Source: Oopsacas minuta (lineage: Eukaryota > Animalia > Porifera). From it: a stretch of 64,000 nucleotides of DNA. The stretch's first letter is position 1; every line of letters begins with the position of its first letter. This document shows positions 11,438 to 26,000 of this stretch, piece by piece. Made by a program: the position numbers and the translations under genes. The stretch spans positions 330,801-394,800 of the forward strand of contig JAKMXF010000315.1 of assembly GCA_024704765.1 (NCBI GenBank), in the 5' to 3' direction. The notes below the pieces were generated by a model. It saw only the letters and a list, made by a program, of their open reading frames with translations. It made no database searches and had not been told where the DNA came from.

Positions 11438-12771
11438 CTAGGGCGTTCAATAAGTCTTGCGGGTGAAATCATAGAGTATGATACAAACACTATACACACT
11501 AATTCACTATATTATTTATTCAAAGTAATCCCCTCCTGCAGATACACAAAGTTTGAACCTTTCCACCCACTTGTAAAACACATTTCTGTACTCTTCTTCG
11601 GGGATGGATTTGAAGTACTGGTACAGGCCCGTTCCGAGTGCTTGTAATGTGTTAAAATCTTTGCCTTGGAGGTAGATTTTAAGCTTGGAGAATAGCCAAA
11701 TATCACACAGGGGTTAGGTCTGGTGAATAAGGTGGATGAGGGAGTAATTCTAACCCTTCTACATCCAAGTTTTTGGCAAGCTTAGCTGTATGGACCTGGC
11801 TTTATCAATCAAAATCTTCATTCCTCGAGTTCCGTTCCGGTTTTCGGGCGGTACTTTTCTATATTTTTATCAAGTTTCGAAACACATGCTCTGTAAAGAA
11901 AGTAGCAGTAACTGCTTTGTCATTCTCACAAGGTAATTGCAAGACAATTCCATGACTACTGAAGAAGATGGTATACATAATCTTAGGTTTTCTGTAGTCG
12001 GGCCTAGGAATTTTCGTCGGTTGTCGTTATCCCCCACTCATGATCGCTTCTTATACTTGCTATATGATGTTGGATAGTACACCCACGTCTCGTCACCAGT
12101 AATAATCTCTGTTAGGAGTCTAGAATCGCAGTTCTCATAAGTTTCCAAGAGTTTCTTGGCGATATTCAGTCGTGCCAACCTTTGATTCTCACTGAGCTTA
12201 TGCGGGACCCATTTCCCACAAATCGATCGGTAGCCAAGCTCAGTCGTCAGAATTGTACGAATAGCTCCCGATGAAATCTCCATACTTTGTTCTAACTGAT
12301 TGACAGTAATGCACTTGTCTTCCATGACCATATTTTAATGAGTGCGATATTCTCTGAAGTGGTGACGGATACTGGTCTTCCAGATCGAGGCAAATCTGTG
12401 ACATCAGCATCACTAGAGCTAAAACGGACAGCCCATCGCTCTACAGTAGATCTGGAAGGGCAATCCACGCACAATGTCTCCTGTAACTCGCTGAAGATCT
12501 GTACGGGCTGGATCTTGAGTATTGTGCGAAACTCTATGTAAGCTCGCCATTTGAGGTTGAAGTTATCATCCTTTGAAGCCATATATTCAACAGTGGGTAT
12601 AAATTGACTACACATAACTATCTCAAAAATTCATAATTTGTATTGAATAAGCTTGAAACTTTCAGTATATGGAGTTTAACTATATGGGCTCATAATATAT
12701 GAAAGTTAGATATATTACTTGACTAATTCCTAAGATACATCAAAACCCGCAAGACTTATTGAACGCCCTGA
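11438..12771 (-). mobile_element. Mariner-type element, transposase pseudogenised
   Basis: TIRs (CT/TC)AGGGCGTTCAATAAGTCTTGCGGGT flanked by TA. Motifs WVPHKL, ITGDETWVYY and HPPYSPDL are spread over frameshifted ORFs (12615 to ~11550). Confidence 0.92.
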
Positions 12772-13862
12772 TAGTTACTACAGTATACTAGACCTGTATA
12801 TAAGTTATTTGATAAAGGAAAATACAATAGACTAAGGCATGCAAATTATATTTGATGATTTATTTTACTGACGAGCTGCTATGTAGCTTTTGGTCATTAA
12901 TTTGGCACCCCTTGCCTATGCCTATAGCATCAAGAAATAGTAAATTCTCAAATTTCGATTTTTACCAATTTTAGAACAATTTTGATGACTTAATAATTCT
13001 ATCAAGAGTTTGCATTGGGGTTTAACATCATATTGAGGGGTACCTGTGATTGAGATTTCAAACTTCCATCGGGGTGGGTTCCAAAGGGAGATGGTGTTTG
13101 GTTCGTTTGGAAAACCACAGCCCGATGCAGGGCCGGATTAAGGCGGGGGCTGATGGGGCTGCAGCCCCAGGCCCATCGTAAAAATAGGCCCACTTTGTTA
13201 GTGCCATAGGCCGTGTAGACAGAGCCAAGAGTTAGTTTTGTTGACCCTAGAAGCACCTGGATTTCATAAGAAGGCCTTAAGTTGATCCATGGCTAATTCT
13301 CATAGCAGGCTAAGTTTCACTATTTTTTGAGAATGGCATGATTTATGTAGATGTGTTTATGACTTAATATTGTCATATTAATTTTGGTCGTTAATCAATA
13401 GTCTATGTTATCATTGTGAAACTCAATTTTGTCAGTAAGCATTGCTTTATGTTTTCTTATATTAAATTATATCTTCTAAGATTATCACAGAGCAATTTAA
13501 TAATATCCGCTAAGCCCAAGCATACCTTGTATTTATAGCTTACTTTTTACTTCATTGCATTATATGCAGCTTTCGATTATATTTGTGTTAGCCCAGTTTC
13601 AAGCATTCCTTACCATTTTATTTTGATATATCAAGATAAAGAAAGATGAAAAAATATCGCAGTGGTTGGGACAAAGCAAAAGCTAAGTCTGAAGAAGAAA
13701 GAAAACTACAGAAAATTTTAGAATGTACCAGAAAAAATGGCAGAGCTTTGCTCTACGAAAAACCCCGATGTAAATGCAGTAGTATCCACAATTGCTAATG
13801 TAACTGGAGATGGTAAACATTGCATTGAAATCGTGAATAATGAACCTCTTTACCTTGGATTA

Positions 13863-16155
13863 CACTGCCCTGCGTCAAATTTGCTGATTATTATCCATGG
13901 GTTGTTTTTAGTTAACTTGAGTATGCTGATTCTCAATCTGTCATCAGAATTCCCCTATCACGTCTCGTTTTTACTCTAATGTCATTTTAATGTAAGTCGA
14001 TTTTTCTAAGTACACTTCCCTAGAATAAATGATTATATTTGATACATGTGTGAATTTTGTCTTTTGAAATAAACAGATGCGTGCTTTATTGCATTTTCTA
14101 ATTAGTCCCTTTAACTCCATTCTTTTCTACATAATTTGTTTTATTTTTATTTTTGTTAAATACAGCTTTATTGTACTATAGTCTACTATTTTGATATTTT
14201 ATTATCATATGGCTTATCGGAGAAGGTGCACTAATGATCCAGACGTCTTTTGTTATATTTGTGGTAGTTTTATGACTTCTAAACAAACTACGGCGATAAC
14301 AGGAGTTGTTAAAAAAGCATATTTAGGATATTTTGGAATGAGATTAGGTGATCAAGACAAAACATGGGCTCCACATACAGTGTGCCGATCTTGTGTAGAA
14401 AATTTGAGACAATGGACAAAAGGAATCAGAAAGAGTTTAAGTTTTGGAATTCCAATGATATGGAGAGAGCCACAAAATCACATTAGCGATTGTTACTTTT
14501 GTATGGCGAATATTTCCGGATTCAATGCTAAAACCAAGTCATTGATCAAGTATCCAAATTTACATTCAGCAATACGACCCGTTCCCCATTCTATTGATGT
14601 ACCTGTTCCAAAATTTACTAATTTGGATGTTATCTCGGAAATTGATAATTGTGAAACTAGAGATTCATTAATTAGAGAAGATGAGGATTTTATTCCGTGT
14701 GTATTATCTCGTTCTAATTCTCCACAGTTATTTAATCCGTCTGAATTAAATGATTTGGTGCGTGATTTAGATTTACCTAAAGAATCTGCGGAGTTGTTAG
14801 GTTCTAGGCTAAAAGAAAAAACTTGCTTCTCCCAGAAACAAAATTTTACTCATATAGGAACAGAGAGATCGAATTTTTGAAATATTTCATAATGGAAGAC
14901 GGATTTGTGTTTTGTCATGATGTTTCACCGCTAGTTAATGCTCTTGGATGTCCGTATGTACCTAATGATTGGAGACTCTTTATTGATAGTTCAAAACAAA
15001 GTTTGAAATGTGTTCTACTTCATAATGGCAACAAATTTAGTTCCATACCAATTGGACATTCAGTAAGTTTAAAGGAACGATATGATAACATGAAAATTGT
15101 GCTTTATAAAATTAATTATAACCAGCACAATTGGGTAATCTGTGGTGACTTAAAAATCTTATGCATTCTTTTGGGACAGCAATCAGGATATACAAAATAC
15201 CCTTGTTTTTTATGCTTATGGGACAGTCGTGCAAAGAGCGAACACTATTCTAGACAGAGCTGGCCAGCTTGAACCAATCTTAATGTTGGAGATAAGAACA
15301 TTATTCACGAGCATCTAGTGGATCCTCTCAAGATTTTGCTTCCACCACTTCATATAAAATTAGGATTGATGAAACAGTTTGTAAGGGCATTAGATAAAGA
15401 AGGAAATTGTTTCAAATATATTACCGAGAAGTTTTACTACCTAAGTGATGAAAAAAGAAAAGCCGGTATATTCGACGGTCCTCAGATAAGACAACTTGTT
15501 CGAGATGATAATTTTTCAAATTCTATGATATGCAAAGAAAAATGTGCATGGAATGCATTTGTAAATGTCATGAAAAACTTCTTGGGAAATACGAAATCTC
15601 CTAATTATAAAATACTTGTGATTGAGTTGATTGAACCTTACAAGAATCTCGGCTGCAATATGAGTGTAAAAGTTCACTTTCTTTACAGTCATATTGACTA
15701 TTTTCCAGAGAATCTTGGAGCTGTTTCCGAGGAGCAAGGTGAACGATTCCACCAAGACATAAAAACAATGGAAACACGATATCAAGGGAGGTGGGACGTT
15801 CATATGATGGCTGATTACTGCTGGTGTCTCAAGAGAGATTGTATTGATGTTATTCATGCTAGAATGTCAAAAAAACGAAAATTTACTCCTGATTCAGACT
15901 AATATATTCAAATTTATTTATTAACTAAGATTATATTATCAATAAAAATTTATAAATGGCAGATTTTAACTATTTTACTTGTAGAGGTATCATGAATTCA
16001 TCGATAAATATACCAATATTTAAAAATGATTTGCTAAAAACTAGACGTGATACGTATATTTTACAACATTTTTCAAAATCAGAATTAAAATGTGGATTAG
16101 AAAATGTTTTGCAATAACAATCAGCAAATTAAATTTTTTTTTCCGCAGGGCTGTG
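13863..16155 (+). mobile_element. Chapaev3 (CMC) transposon A, nested in the hAT transposase gene
   Basis: Ends CACTGCCCTGCG / CACAGCCCTGCG with 3-bp TSD TTA. CDS 14209-15902 has CYICG, GDQDKTWAPH, LFIDSS, GDLK, LHIKLGL and EQGERFHQD, with only one frameshift (~14822) and one stop (15270-15272). Confidence 0.85.
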
Positions 16156-16897
16156 TTATCAGAATCTCTATCTGTTCCATCTGGTTGCAATATGCTTTGT
16201 GAAACTGTAAGTTTGAACTTTAATTACCTTCAGGAAGAATCATTCTCTGGTGATGTGGGAAAATGGAGAATGTCCGATGATTTACGCGAGTATTTTTGTC
16301 AAAAGGGGTTTACTGGTTGTCAGCACATGGATAGCGACTTTAGTCCCTCGGAGAGGACATTTCCTAGTGAAACCTTTACGCGGCGATGTACTAAGTCACT
16401 CTTTTATCATGACCAGTTAAACGGTGAGAAATTTCAACGTGACTGGCTTTGGTATTCGGTAGAATCTGGGAAGTTGTATTGCTCAATCTGCATGCTATTT
16501 TCAACACCAGACGAAGCTTCACAGTTAGCAACAAATGGTTATTCAGATTGGAAGCATGGAGACAGCGATTTACTTCGCCATGAAGGCAGTCAATTGCATA
16601 AAATATCTATTGAAAAACTTATTTTGCGAAGAATGACTGGTGGGCATATAGATGAAAGTCTAATTGAGCAATATGAGTCTGAAAAAAAGTATTGGCATCA
16701 AGTCTTCCAGAGAATTTTACATGTGATTAAGATGCTTTCTTCAAAAGGTCTTTCATTTCGTGGGAGTGATCAGATAGTAGGATTTGTGCATAATGGTAAT
16801 TATTTGGGTTGTCTCGTTATTAGCTGAGTATGATACATTCCTTGCAGAACATATTCAGAAACGTGCAAACAAAGGGCGAGGCAGCATATCATACTTA

Positions 16898-18203
16898 CAG
16901 GGTAGCTGCTAAGTTCTGATATAAAAGATTTTCTCCATTCTATTTTACAACTTGGAATATAATGTTAATAGTGCATATACGACTATTTACTAATGTTATG
17001 ATTCAATTACTATAATAGTTATTCTATATATCCTCCTTTTTTGGATAATACAGCCTTGAGTGTTTTAGGGAAACTTTCCACTGCTGCACGCAGGGTCTCC
17101 TGGAGTATTTTCTCCCATTCGCGACACAAAGACTTTTTCAGGGATTTTATAGTGCTGTGTGAAACCGAACAAGCCCTATTCTCCAAGATGGACCAAAGAG
17201 AATAGTCTATTGGATTTAAATCAGGACTATATAGAGGCCATTCTTCCTTTCGGATAAAATCAGGGATTTGCCCTCTAACCAGTCATGTGTGGTAATCGCC
17301 GTATGAGCAGGAGCACCATCTTGTTGGAAACAAATGGCTGTCCGGAAAACATTGTCTGGCTCAGATCTTTTACAACAGGCTCTAGGATCAAGTCCTTTTA
17401 AGTTTTCGCGTTGATTTTCACTCCAGCAGGTACGAAAATCAATGGCATACGGTCAACAGCAGAGACACCAGCCCAAATCATCACAGAGAGGTTTCATTTT
17501 CCGACTGATGTACCTAAACTTATCAGGGATCTCTGAGATAGCCGTAGAGATCACACGATCATTTTGAACATTCGTAGCCTCAGCTATAGTGAAAATCTTT
17601 TCATCTGTCAAGATGATAATTTCGAGTCCGCCGGTAGGGTGTCTTACAAGTAACGCCTTGCTTCTCAACAATCGTTTTGTCTTGACTAACTCTGAGAGGA
17701 AGTGTACTTTCTTTCTTTTAAAACAATGCATTTTCAGGTTACGGTATACCACTTTTTGGACAGTTTGACGGGGCAACTTTCAACTCCTTGGCCATTTTTC
17801 TCATGGATAACCGTGGATTTCGCCTAATTCGTTCTCTCACCCTCTTCTTGAGGGCTGCGGTTCTCACAGAACAGGGACGACCAGATCTTGGTTTGTCGTT
17901 CGTGTCCCCAGTTTCATTGTAACGTTTATTGTCCTATAGATGAATGCTCTCCGTCCTTTAGCAATATTTAACATTTTTAAAATCTCAGGAGGGCTTTTTC
18001 CTGCCTTGTATAACTCAACAATTACTGATCTCTCATGACTCATTGTCAATAGGATAAATTTTTGTGAAAATGTAGGCTAAATCGAATTTGAATGCATTAA
18101 GAAGGTTAATGAAAAGTCTTAGATAGTCAAAATACTGTAAATACATTACGATCAAGGTTATATTGTAATTGAATTTTTGTATCAGAACTTAGCAGCCACC
18201 CTG
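16898..18203 (-). mobile_element. maT (DD37D) Tc1/mariner element nested in hAT
   Basis: TIRs CAGGGT(A/G)GCTGCTAAGTTCTGAT with TA TSD. Motifs LTDEKIF and FQQDGAPAH...WPLYSPDLNPIDY; 37 residues between the last two D after correcting one frameshift. Confidence 0.9.
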
Positions 18204-21183
18204 TATCATCAACAATATGCCATGAATTTATCCAAGTAATTGGACAACAGGTTCTTAGGCAGATTATATTAGAAATCAAAACTGCTAAGTACTATTCTAT
18301 TCGTGTAGACTCCACACCGGACATTTCGCACATTGACCAATTAACACTAATAATTCGCTATGTATTACCAAGAGGTCCAGTAGAACGATTTATTAGATTC
18401 ATTCCAATATATGGACATACTGGCGTATATTTGGCAATAATGTTTCCATAAAGATTGTCGAGGTCAAACATATGACAACGCATCAAACATGAGCGGAAAG
18501 TATAACGGCATGCAGACTTTGATTCGTGAAAAGAATAAGTTGGCTGAATTCATTCCATGTTGTGCACATTCCCTCAATCTTATCGGACAAAGTGCTGTAG
18601 AATGTTGTCCAGCTGCAGTTTAATTTTTCTATTTTGTACAAAAGTTGCATATGTTTTTCTCTGCCCCTACTCATAGATGGAAACTCCTTCTTGATGTCTT
18701 CAAGAAGTTTGGAGTACCAACTTTAAAAAGACTTTCAGAGACACGATAGTCTACAACCATGATGCGGTAGATGCATTACTAAAAGGTTATACAAATATTG
18801 AAAAAGTACTGGTACTAATGTGGGAAGATAAATCTGAGATAACTGTGACACGTTTGGAGGCAAAGTGACTTGCTGCAATAATGAATCGTTTGGAAACAGG
18901 AATACTGTCACAAATTTGGTCTACAATATTGATTAAGTTTAATAGAACTAGCAAATGTCTTCAAGATGCAAGTCTAGATTTGAATACGGCCACAAAGTTG
19001 TTGAATCATTGAAAGAATTTGTACATTCACTACGTTCTCAGTTTATGGAGTTGAGCATCGATATCACTGTGCCACGTACTCCAAAGAACATCGAAGAAAG
19101 CGTAAGCGAAATAAGAAATTTTACTATGGTGATACTGAAGATGCTAAACGTTCTCCAACAAATGAATTCATGGTAACAAATTTCATTTCAATTATTGATA
19201 AACTAGTGGCAGCTATGATTCAAAGACAGGCGGCATATTGTGTGATCAGAGACAGGTTTGGATTTTGATCAGAATTGAATTCTTCAGTCTCTGATCAGAT
19301 CCGTGACAAAGCTAATGATTTAATTAATATATACTCAGACGACCTTGAACCTGGCTTTGTAGATGAAATAGTACAGTTTTCTGCTTTCTGGGACAGTTAT
19401 ATTTCTTCAGATTCTTCTAAGATTGAAGACACAAAGCAGATTAGAGAATTCCAAATGTTCAAGTTGATTAAGAGAAATGCACTAGATACAACCATTCCGA
19501 ATATGTTAATCACACTACGAATATATTTATCTTTAATGGACACTAACTGCGGCGGGAAACGATCTTTTCAGCATTGAAAAGGACAAAGAGCGAATTGCGG
19601 TACACTATGGGTCAGAATCGTTTCAATGCACTTTCTTTTCTGTGTATAGAAAATGAACTTTTGCAAGAAATGGATGTGCAGTCTACGATTAGAGATTTCG
19701 CAAGTCGAAAAGCACGCCAAGTAACACTATAAAATATTTAAAATATTTTACCTACCATATACATTAAAGTTGTTTTGTTATTTATAGAATTGTAAGGTAG
19801 GGGGAGGCTGCCTAATAATTTTGATGGGCCTACCTAGGCCCATCAAAATTGTTCAGCTCCAGGCCAAATAGGCTGCTAATCCGGCCCTGGACCGATGAAC
19901 CTACGAAGGTGGGGTTTGAATGATCTGCGGGAAATTTTGAATGATATTGCATACAAAATTTAGTTAGAATTTCTCGAAGTGGGGTTAATTGAATTCGAAA
20001 TTGCCGGTCTGTGTATTGAAATCCACAGACAAATATTCTTCTAAAGGAGTTTATAACTCATAATTTGCTTGAATATACAGTGACAATCCCATGATTAGGG
20101 TGTCTAAACATATATGTATTAATGACCTACGAATACTATTTTCTTAACTGTCACTATACATGCCTAATTTATCGCTACATTGCATATCAATGTATTTAGC
20201 AAGTTATATATGTTAACATAATTAACTTTGCCAATCATTGTGATCCACATCTTAACTACCTAAATTCATCCATAATAAAAACTTCTCAAATATTTAGAAG
20301 GTAAATTATCTGTACAAAATCTGTAAAAATACAATAAGAACACATTTCATTTTTGGGCAAGAAGAAATTGGTTAATAGGTTATCGGATGGTTTATATGTG
20401 TAAAACTACTCTCAATTAGCTGAGCAGTGTCTACCAAGAGATTACTCGGTGGGAAGTTAGGATTAACATTCGGAGAATGAAAGGTTTCCGCCCTTACTTT
20501 GGCATTTATGAATATACGATTTGTGTTATCGAAGAATTTGCCTTAAACATTCTTCTGTTCTTCAGAAATTTAAGACCTTGTGTCTCCAAAGTCATACATT
20601 AACCAAATGTCCAATATTGCCAAGCCTCTGCACAATTATTCAAAATAATAAAACTATATATTCCGTCAATCTATTCCAGAGTTCTTAACTGTTAAATATT
20701 GTATTCTCTAGTATATCATGAATTATAAGGCATATTACTGTATAACTCAGACATACAGTCAGGGCTGTGACAAATCATTTATTGTTGAAAAATCAACTCA
20801 TTTTCTTGAATGATAAGGATGAGTTGGCAATGCCAACATAAATAAGTTAAATATATTGGTAGAACAGGTAATTAAGTTTACGTATATAACCATTTCATTT
20901 TCTAAGAATGAATTAGTACAAGAAACTAAATTCTCAAAATGAAATTTTCTGAAAATGAGTGATAGAACCAACTCATTTCTCTAATTGAGATGAATAAGTA
21001 AGTAGTAACCAAATCTAAGGAGTTGAATGACATGTTTTGATTTGGTAGACACCAAGTTTAATGAGTTGAATGAATGGTAGAAATCATAGACGTAAACTCC
21101 AGAGTTGCCTAAGTGCCTGACCACCCATGACATAATGGAAATTTGAATATGCACAAGTTCTTCAGTTTTCTTTGGGTCTCTAT

Positions 21184-21815
21184 TAGGGAATCCATTCCCG
21201 GGATATGGGATTGAGCATTCTTAATTAATACATTAATTTTTACTTCTATATATGTACATAGCTATACTAATACTATGATTAATGGATTATTCTTTGTAGT
21301 TGTTACAAGTCCTTTGCTTGCTTTCGGTTGTAAGTCGATTATTGAGTATAGATATGAAGTTTCTTCAACACTAGATCAAATGGAAAATGAATGAGAATAT
21401 TAATGAAGATAGAATAGATAGCCAAAGCGTATACTATTACTAATTAGTGATGTTATTTATAATAAACACCAATGGGTTCAAATTGGTGCACCTTCAATTT
21501 CTCGAATTCTAACATTGTCCACTGCCATGTAGCTAAAGAATACCAATATCGGTTCAGCTAAGAATGTAGTATAGTAATATGTAGTATACGTTATGTCAAC
21601 TTATGTGTATGCATTGGTAATATTATATTATGTAGTACTACAAACATCAGATTGCCATTGTCACAAACAATTTCTGCAGTTTCCATATTAGATAAAAGTG
21701 ATATAATTCAATGGAAGTGAATTTTTGGAGTGTGATCAATTCGTTCGAGGATCCCGGGATTGGATTACTTAATCGCGGTTGAAAAAGTTCCGGGATCCCG
21801 GGATTTGAATCTCTA
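21184..21815. mobile_element. hAT-type MITE
   Basis: TIRs TAGGGAATCCATTCCCGGGAT / TAGAGATTCAAATCCCGGGAT with perfect 8-bp TSD GTCTCTAT; AT-rich non-coding interior. Confidence 0.85.
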
Positions 21816-23096
21816 GTCTCTATTGCATGGTCTTTTCAAATATTCCTAACAAACAAGTAATAATTGGTTTCTATAGCATAGAGGAAATGTATTATCTGCA
21901 TCTTGTGAAATCTCAAACCAAGGTACAAGTACCTACACTGATATACGCAATATACAGATTTTCTGATGTCCTGTTTTGCCTTTAATATTGCGATGGAAAT
22001 TAAATCAATTCGGGTTTCCATTTTAACAGCAAAGGATTCTATCCAGCAACATCCTTGGTAGGATGTTGCAAGTGGAGTAGTACCTATCAGATCCGGATAT
22101 TCTCGTCCGGAACCCAGCCAGATATTTGAATTTGCCCGAACCAATTTGCTTATCCTTAGGTTACGGGATCAGCAAACTATTTTTACAGCTGTAAACAATT
22201 TATTGAGAATGGATATATGTGTGTACAGGTACAGTAAATAAATTATACATTTAAACTGCATTGTAAAGGCACTAAATACATCGTAGATTCTCTCGCAATG
22301 GAGCCTAGAATGTGCTTATCAAGTATATATGTAGAATTATCCATAGAGAATTTCATTAAGATTATGAGTATAAATCATGTTTACTATGTTTTTCGGGAAT
22401 TTTACATAATCTTCATCACTGGTCCATTGTATAAGAATTTGGTTGATATTATTACTTCTAGAACAGCCGCAATCTTTTAAAGGTTTCTGAAATTACTATG
22501 TAATAACCACAAATACATTTGTAAATTTCTACCCTTGTATCAATTAGTACCATTTGTATAAAGGTTGTTAATGGTATATTATGGTACGATGTACCATAAG
22601 ATGAAAATGTTCAACTTTTAGTATCAAATTAGTAAGTCTGTATGATTAGATATACAAATAGGCAGAGTGTATATTGACGGTAGATAATATAAATCTTACA
22701 TTTTTCTGTATTGGTCCCTCAAGAGTGATGAAATTAATACTACAGTTCGTCTCATAATTATTGATCACTTCAGGTAATTTGAGTGGTCACAATTAATTAG
22801 CTATTTTTGAAAATGCTATATTCCAAAAATTTGTATAAGTGAAAGAATAGATATCCTAATTGACATATTCCGGACAGTATTCGGAAATAGAAAATACAGA
22901 GACGAATACTGTTCTGTCTTTGTTAGAGAAATTTAAATGAAATCTTCTCCAGGCCGAATTTATTGCTGACATTTGTCACTGTAACTGGGCGAATTCTTAG
23001 ATTCAATTTTAAAAACGGAAAAATACCGGCCTTCTGCTGATATTCCTAGTTTTTTACTTTAGAATACTGTCTGTGTAGAATTTGAATTGATTCATC

Positions 23097-26000
23097 CGTA
23101 ACCTACGTTAGAATAAGGCCTGTTCACTAGGTTGTCGTTTAAGTCCATTAAATTTCATTTCAAATAATCAAGTATTTGATGGTATTCATCCAAATCGTGA
23201 ACTTAAAAATTGTTCCTAAGCGATTTTAAAGACCATGGATATCGTTGAAGGCTTGTAAAAAAGTATTTCTTAGAAACCCATAATATTTATACTAAATTAT
23301 GAATCAAATTTTTGTCACATTTAATTTATTGAAACAATACATTTACGTACTCACCACTCATTGTACCTTGTCCTCTTGTACTTTTATCCTAAGTTGTTTA
23401 AACAACTTAGCTTTTATCTCTGTAATGCCGCTTCTCCACCCTGTTCTATCAGTTATGTAGATTTCTTTAATGTACCTCTCGATTTCTCCTTTTTTATACT
23501 TTCAATTAGCTTACCATGCCCAACAGGCATTCTGCCGCCGGATGTCGGAGTAATTTCGCAGGAGAATCTTCTACTCCAGTATTTAAGTTGCCAAATGGTC
23601 CACCTGATCTTGTCAATCGTTGGCTTCGAGCGCTCATACTGGGTGCGTCAAAAGTTCTGCAACAAAATTGATTACAATATTTCATATTAACCCTTAAATG
23701 AATTTTCTAAACTAAGCATCCTTTTGAATTATCTATATATGTACTTAAGTAATAATAGCTACATAGATTGATACTAGTGTCATGTCAACTAAAATCATGC
23801 TTGAACAAAGGAGAGTTGCGGTTATAGAATTATTTCTCAGTGGTGTTGGGCAAAACCAAATTTTCAAAACTCTTGATCCAAAGAAATTCGGCAGATCCTT
23901 TATCTGGCGTACCTTGAAACGCTTCAGGGAGACGGGCAATATTATAGATAAGCGAAGATCTGGTCGTCCGCGCTCTATTTGTACAGCTGTGAACAAGAAG
24001 AAAGTTCGCCAGCTATGACTCGTCATCCGACCCTTTCCCATCGAAAAATCGCTGCCCGGGTCAAGATTTCTAATGCATCGACTCAGCGAATTGTTACTAA
24101 AGTCCTGGGATATAAGTCCTTCAAGAGAACTAAGACTGGGTCTCTAACTGATACAGTTATTCACAAGAGGGTACAAAGATGTCGTAAGCTTCTTACCTGG
24201 CTCAAATCTGTCAACCCTAAGAGAATTGTGTTTTCAGATGAGAAGATTTTCAGTATTGATGAAAAATGCAACTCGAAAAATTCGTGTATTTATTCAATAT
24301 CACGGAAGGATATACCTGAACAGTTCAGAACAGTTCAGAAGAGTCAATATTCTAAATCTGTCATGGTTTGGGCAGGTATATCTTCAATTGGCAAAACCCC
24401 CTTAGTTTTCGTCCCAGAAGGAACGAAGATCAATGCAAAAGTTTATCAAGACCTTATATTAGATAAATATGTTCGGAATATTGGATCAACCTTTATGAAA
24501 GGAGAAAAAATGATATTTCAACAGGATGGTGCGCCGGCACACATTGCTAAATCGACCCTACAATGGCTATCAAGCAATGTACCGGCGTTTTTAGGACGTG
24601 AAGAGTGGCTCCCATCAAGTCCGGATCCCAACCCATGCGATTATTATTTATGGGAGATTGGAAGCTATCGTTAATAATCGTTCTTACAATGATATTCCTT
24701 CACTTAAGCGTGTTCTAAAACGAGCTTGGAAAGATTTAGACCAAGAGGAAATTGCTCGTGCCTGTAATATATTCCAAAATAGGGTCAGGTGCTGTTTGAA
24801 AGCCAAAGGGATGAGATTTGAAACTTCTTAGCCAGAAATCCTTACATTACTCATTATTTATGCTCATATTATAGTTATTCCACATTTTTATAAATGATTG
24901 CACCAGTATATGAATTGTAATAGAGCTTTCAATATTGTTGCAGAACTTTTGACGCACCCTGTAGAGAAGGTATCAGAGACTTAAAGAATGTGTTTGTGTG
25001 CTCAAAAGATTTCCTCGACGAAGAAATTCAGACCAGTTTTTCTATCCATCAACCAGATGGAACATACTTAGAAGTACCAGCTAAGCCTAAATTGCAGAAG
25101 GATGCAATGCCAAGATTTCTACCTGGATGTCCACTTCATCTCTCTTCGTCATCTGAGACCATACCACCGAGATTTGATAGATCTATGAGAGAACAGCATT
25201 TGATTGATACTGCAATAAATGAGAGTCTATTACAAACCAAGACAAAGAACTTTTTCAGATTACCACACTGGAAGACTTGGTATCCAAAACGAAGCACTCG
25301 GGTTTGGTTAATCATTTGTTTGTTTGGTCTTCTGATGATAATTCCTTTAATTTACTCAAACTTTCTATAACGAATAACAGTTTGATTGCAATTAGATGCT
25401 CGTTAACTATTACCGAAACATTACATACTATGGGTTTCTACGAAGGTATACGCATTCCTCTTTCTCTCACTCAGATAAATGATATTCGTCAACTTAACGA
25501 TTTGCTTAACGAAATTGAAAACCATTCTGCCCCTACTAACTCTCCTGAAACATTCCAACACCATGTCAGAGAAGCAACGGGAAGCATTCGTAAAGCTATT
25601 TACTCCCTTGCAACTGGAGAAGAATCTGGAAACCAACAGCCTCTATTATCAAGTCTTCAGTTTATTCTATGCCAATTAGATAACGCTTTGATCGCAAAAA
25701 CTATGAGGCAATACAACATCGAAACTCTTATCTTGTCCCTCAAATGCCAACTTGTGTCGCCAGTTTGTTATAGATATCTTCAATCCCTGGACTGTCTATC
25801 ATTGCCGCAGCTTTCTACTCTAAAGCGCTTATATTTCAATTTTGGTTTGGATTCTGACTTTACCAAATATCTCAAACAATCAGTCACTCAGTTTAACAAA
25901 TGGGAACGAAATGTAGTGATTCAGATGGATGAAATTCATGTAAAATCCACATTTACATACAAAGGAGGTAAGATAATTGGGTCTTCTTTGAATCCTACTG

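Larger units (their letters stand above)
13128..19889 (+). mobile_element. hAT transposon (ZMYM1-like/DUF4371 transposase), broken by two nested insertions
   Basis: TIRs CAGGGCCGGATTA and 8-bp TSD GCCCGATG/GACCGATG. CDS relic 13646-19732 contains a TTF-like zinc finger (WLWYSVES..LYCSICMLF), GLSFRG, GQTYDNASNMSG, CCAHSLNL and a hAT dimerisation region. Removing the Chapaev3 insert restores the frame (..YLGL|SESL..). Confidence 0.92.

Noticed and set aside
20078-20156. TA-flanked 8-bp inverted repeat (mini-MITE or internally deleted remnant)
   Set aside because: Repeat too short to distinguish from chance.
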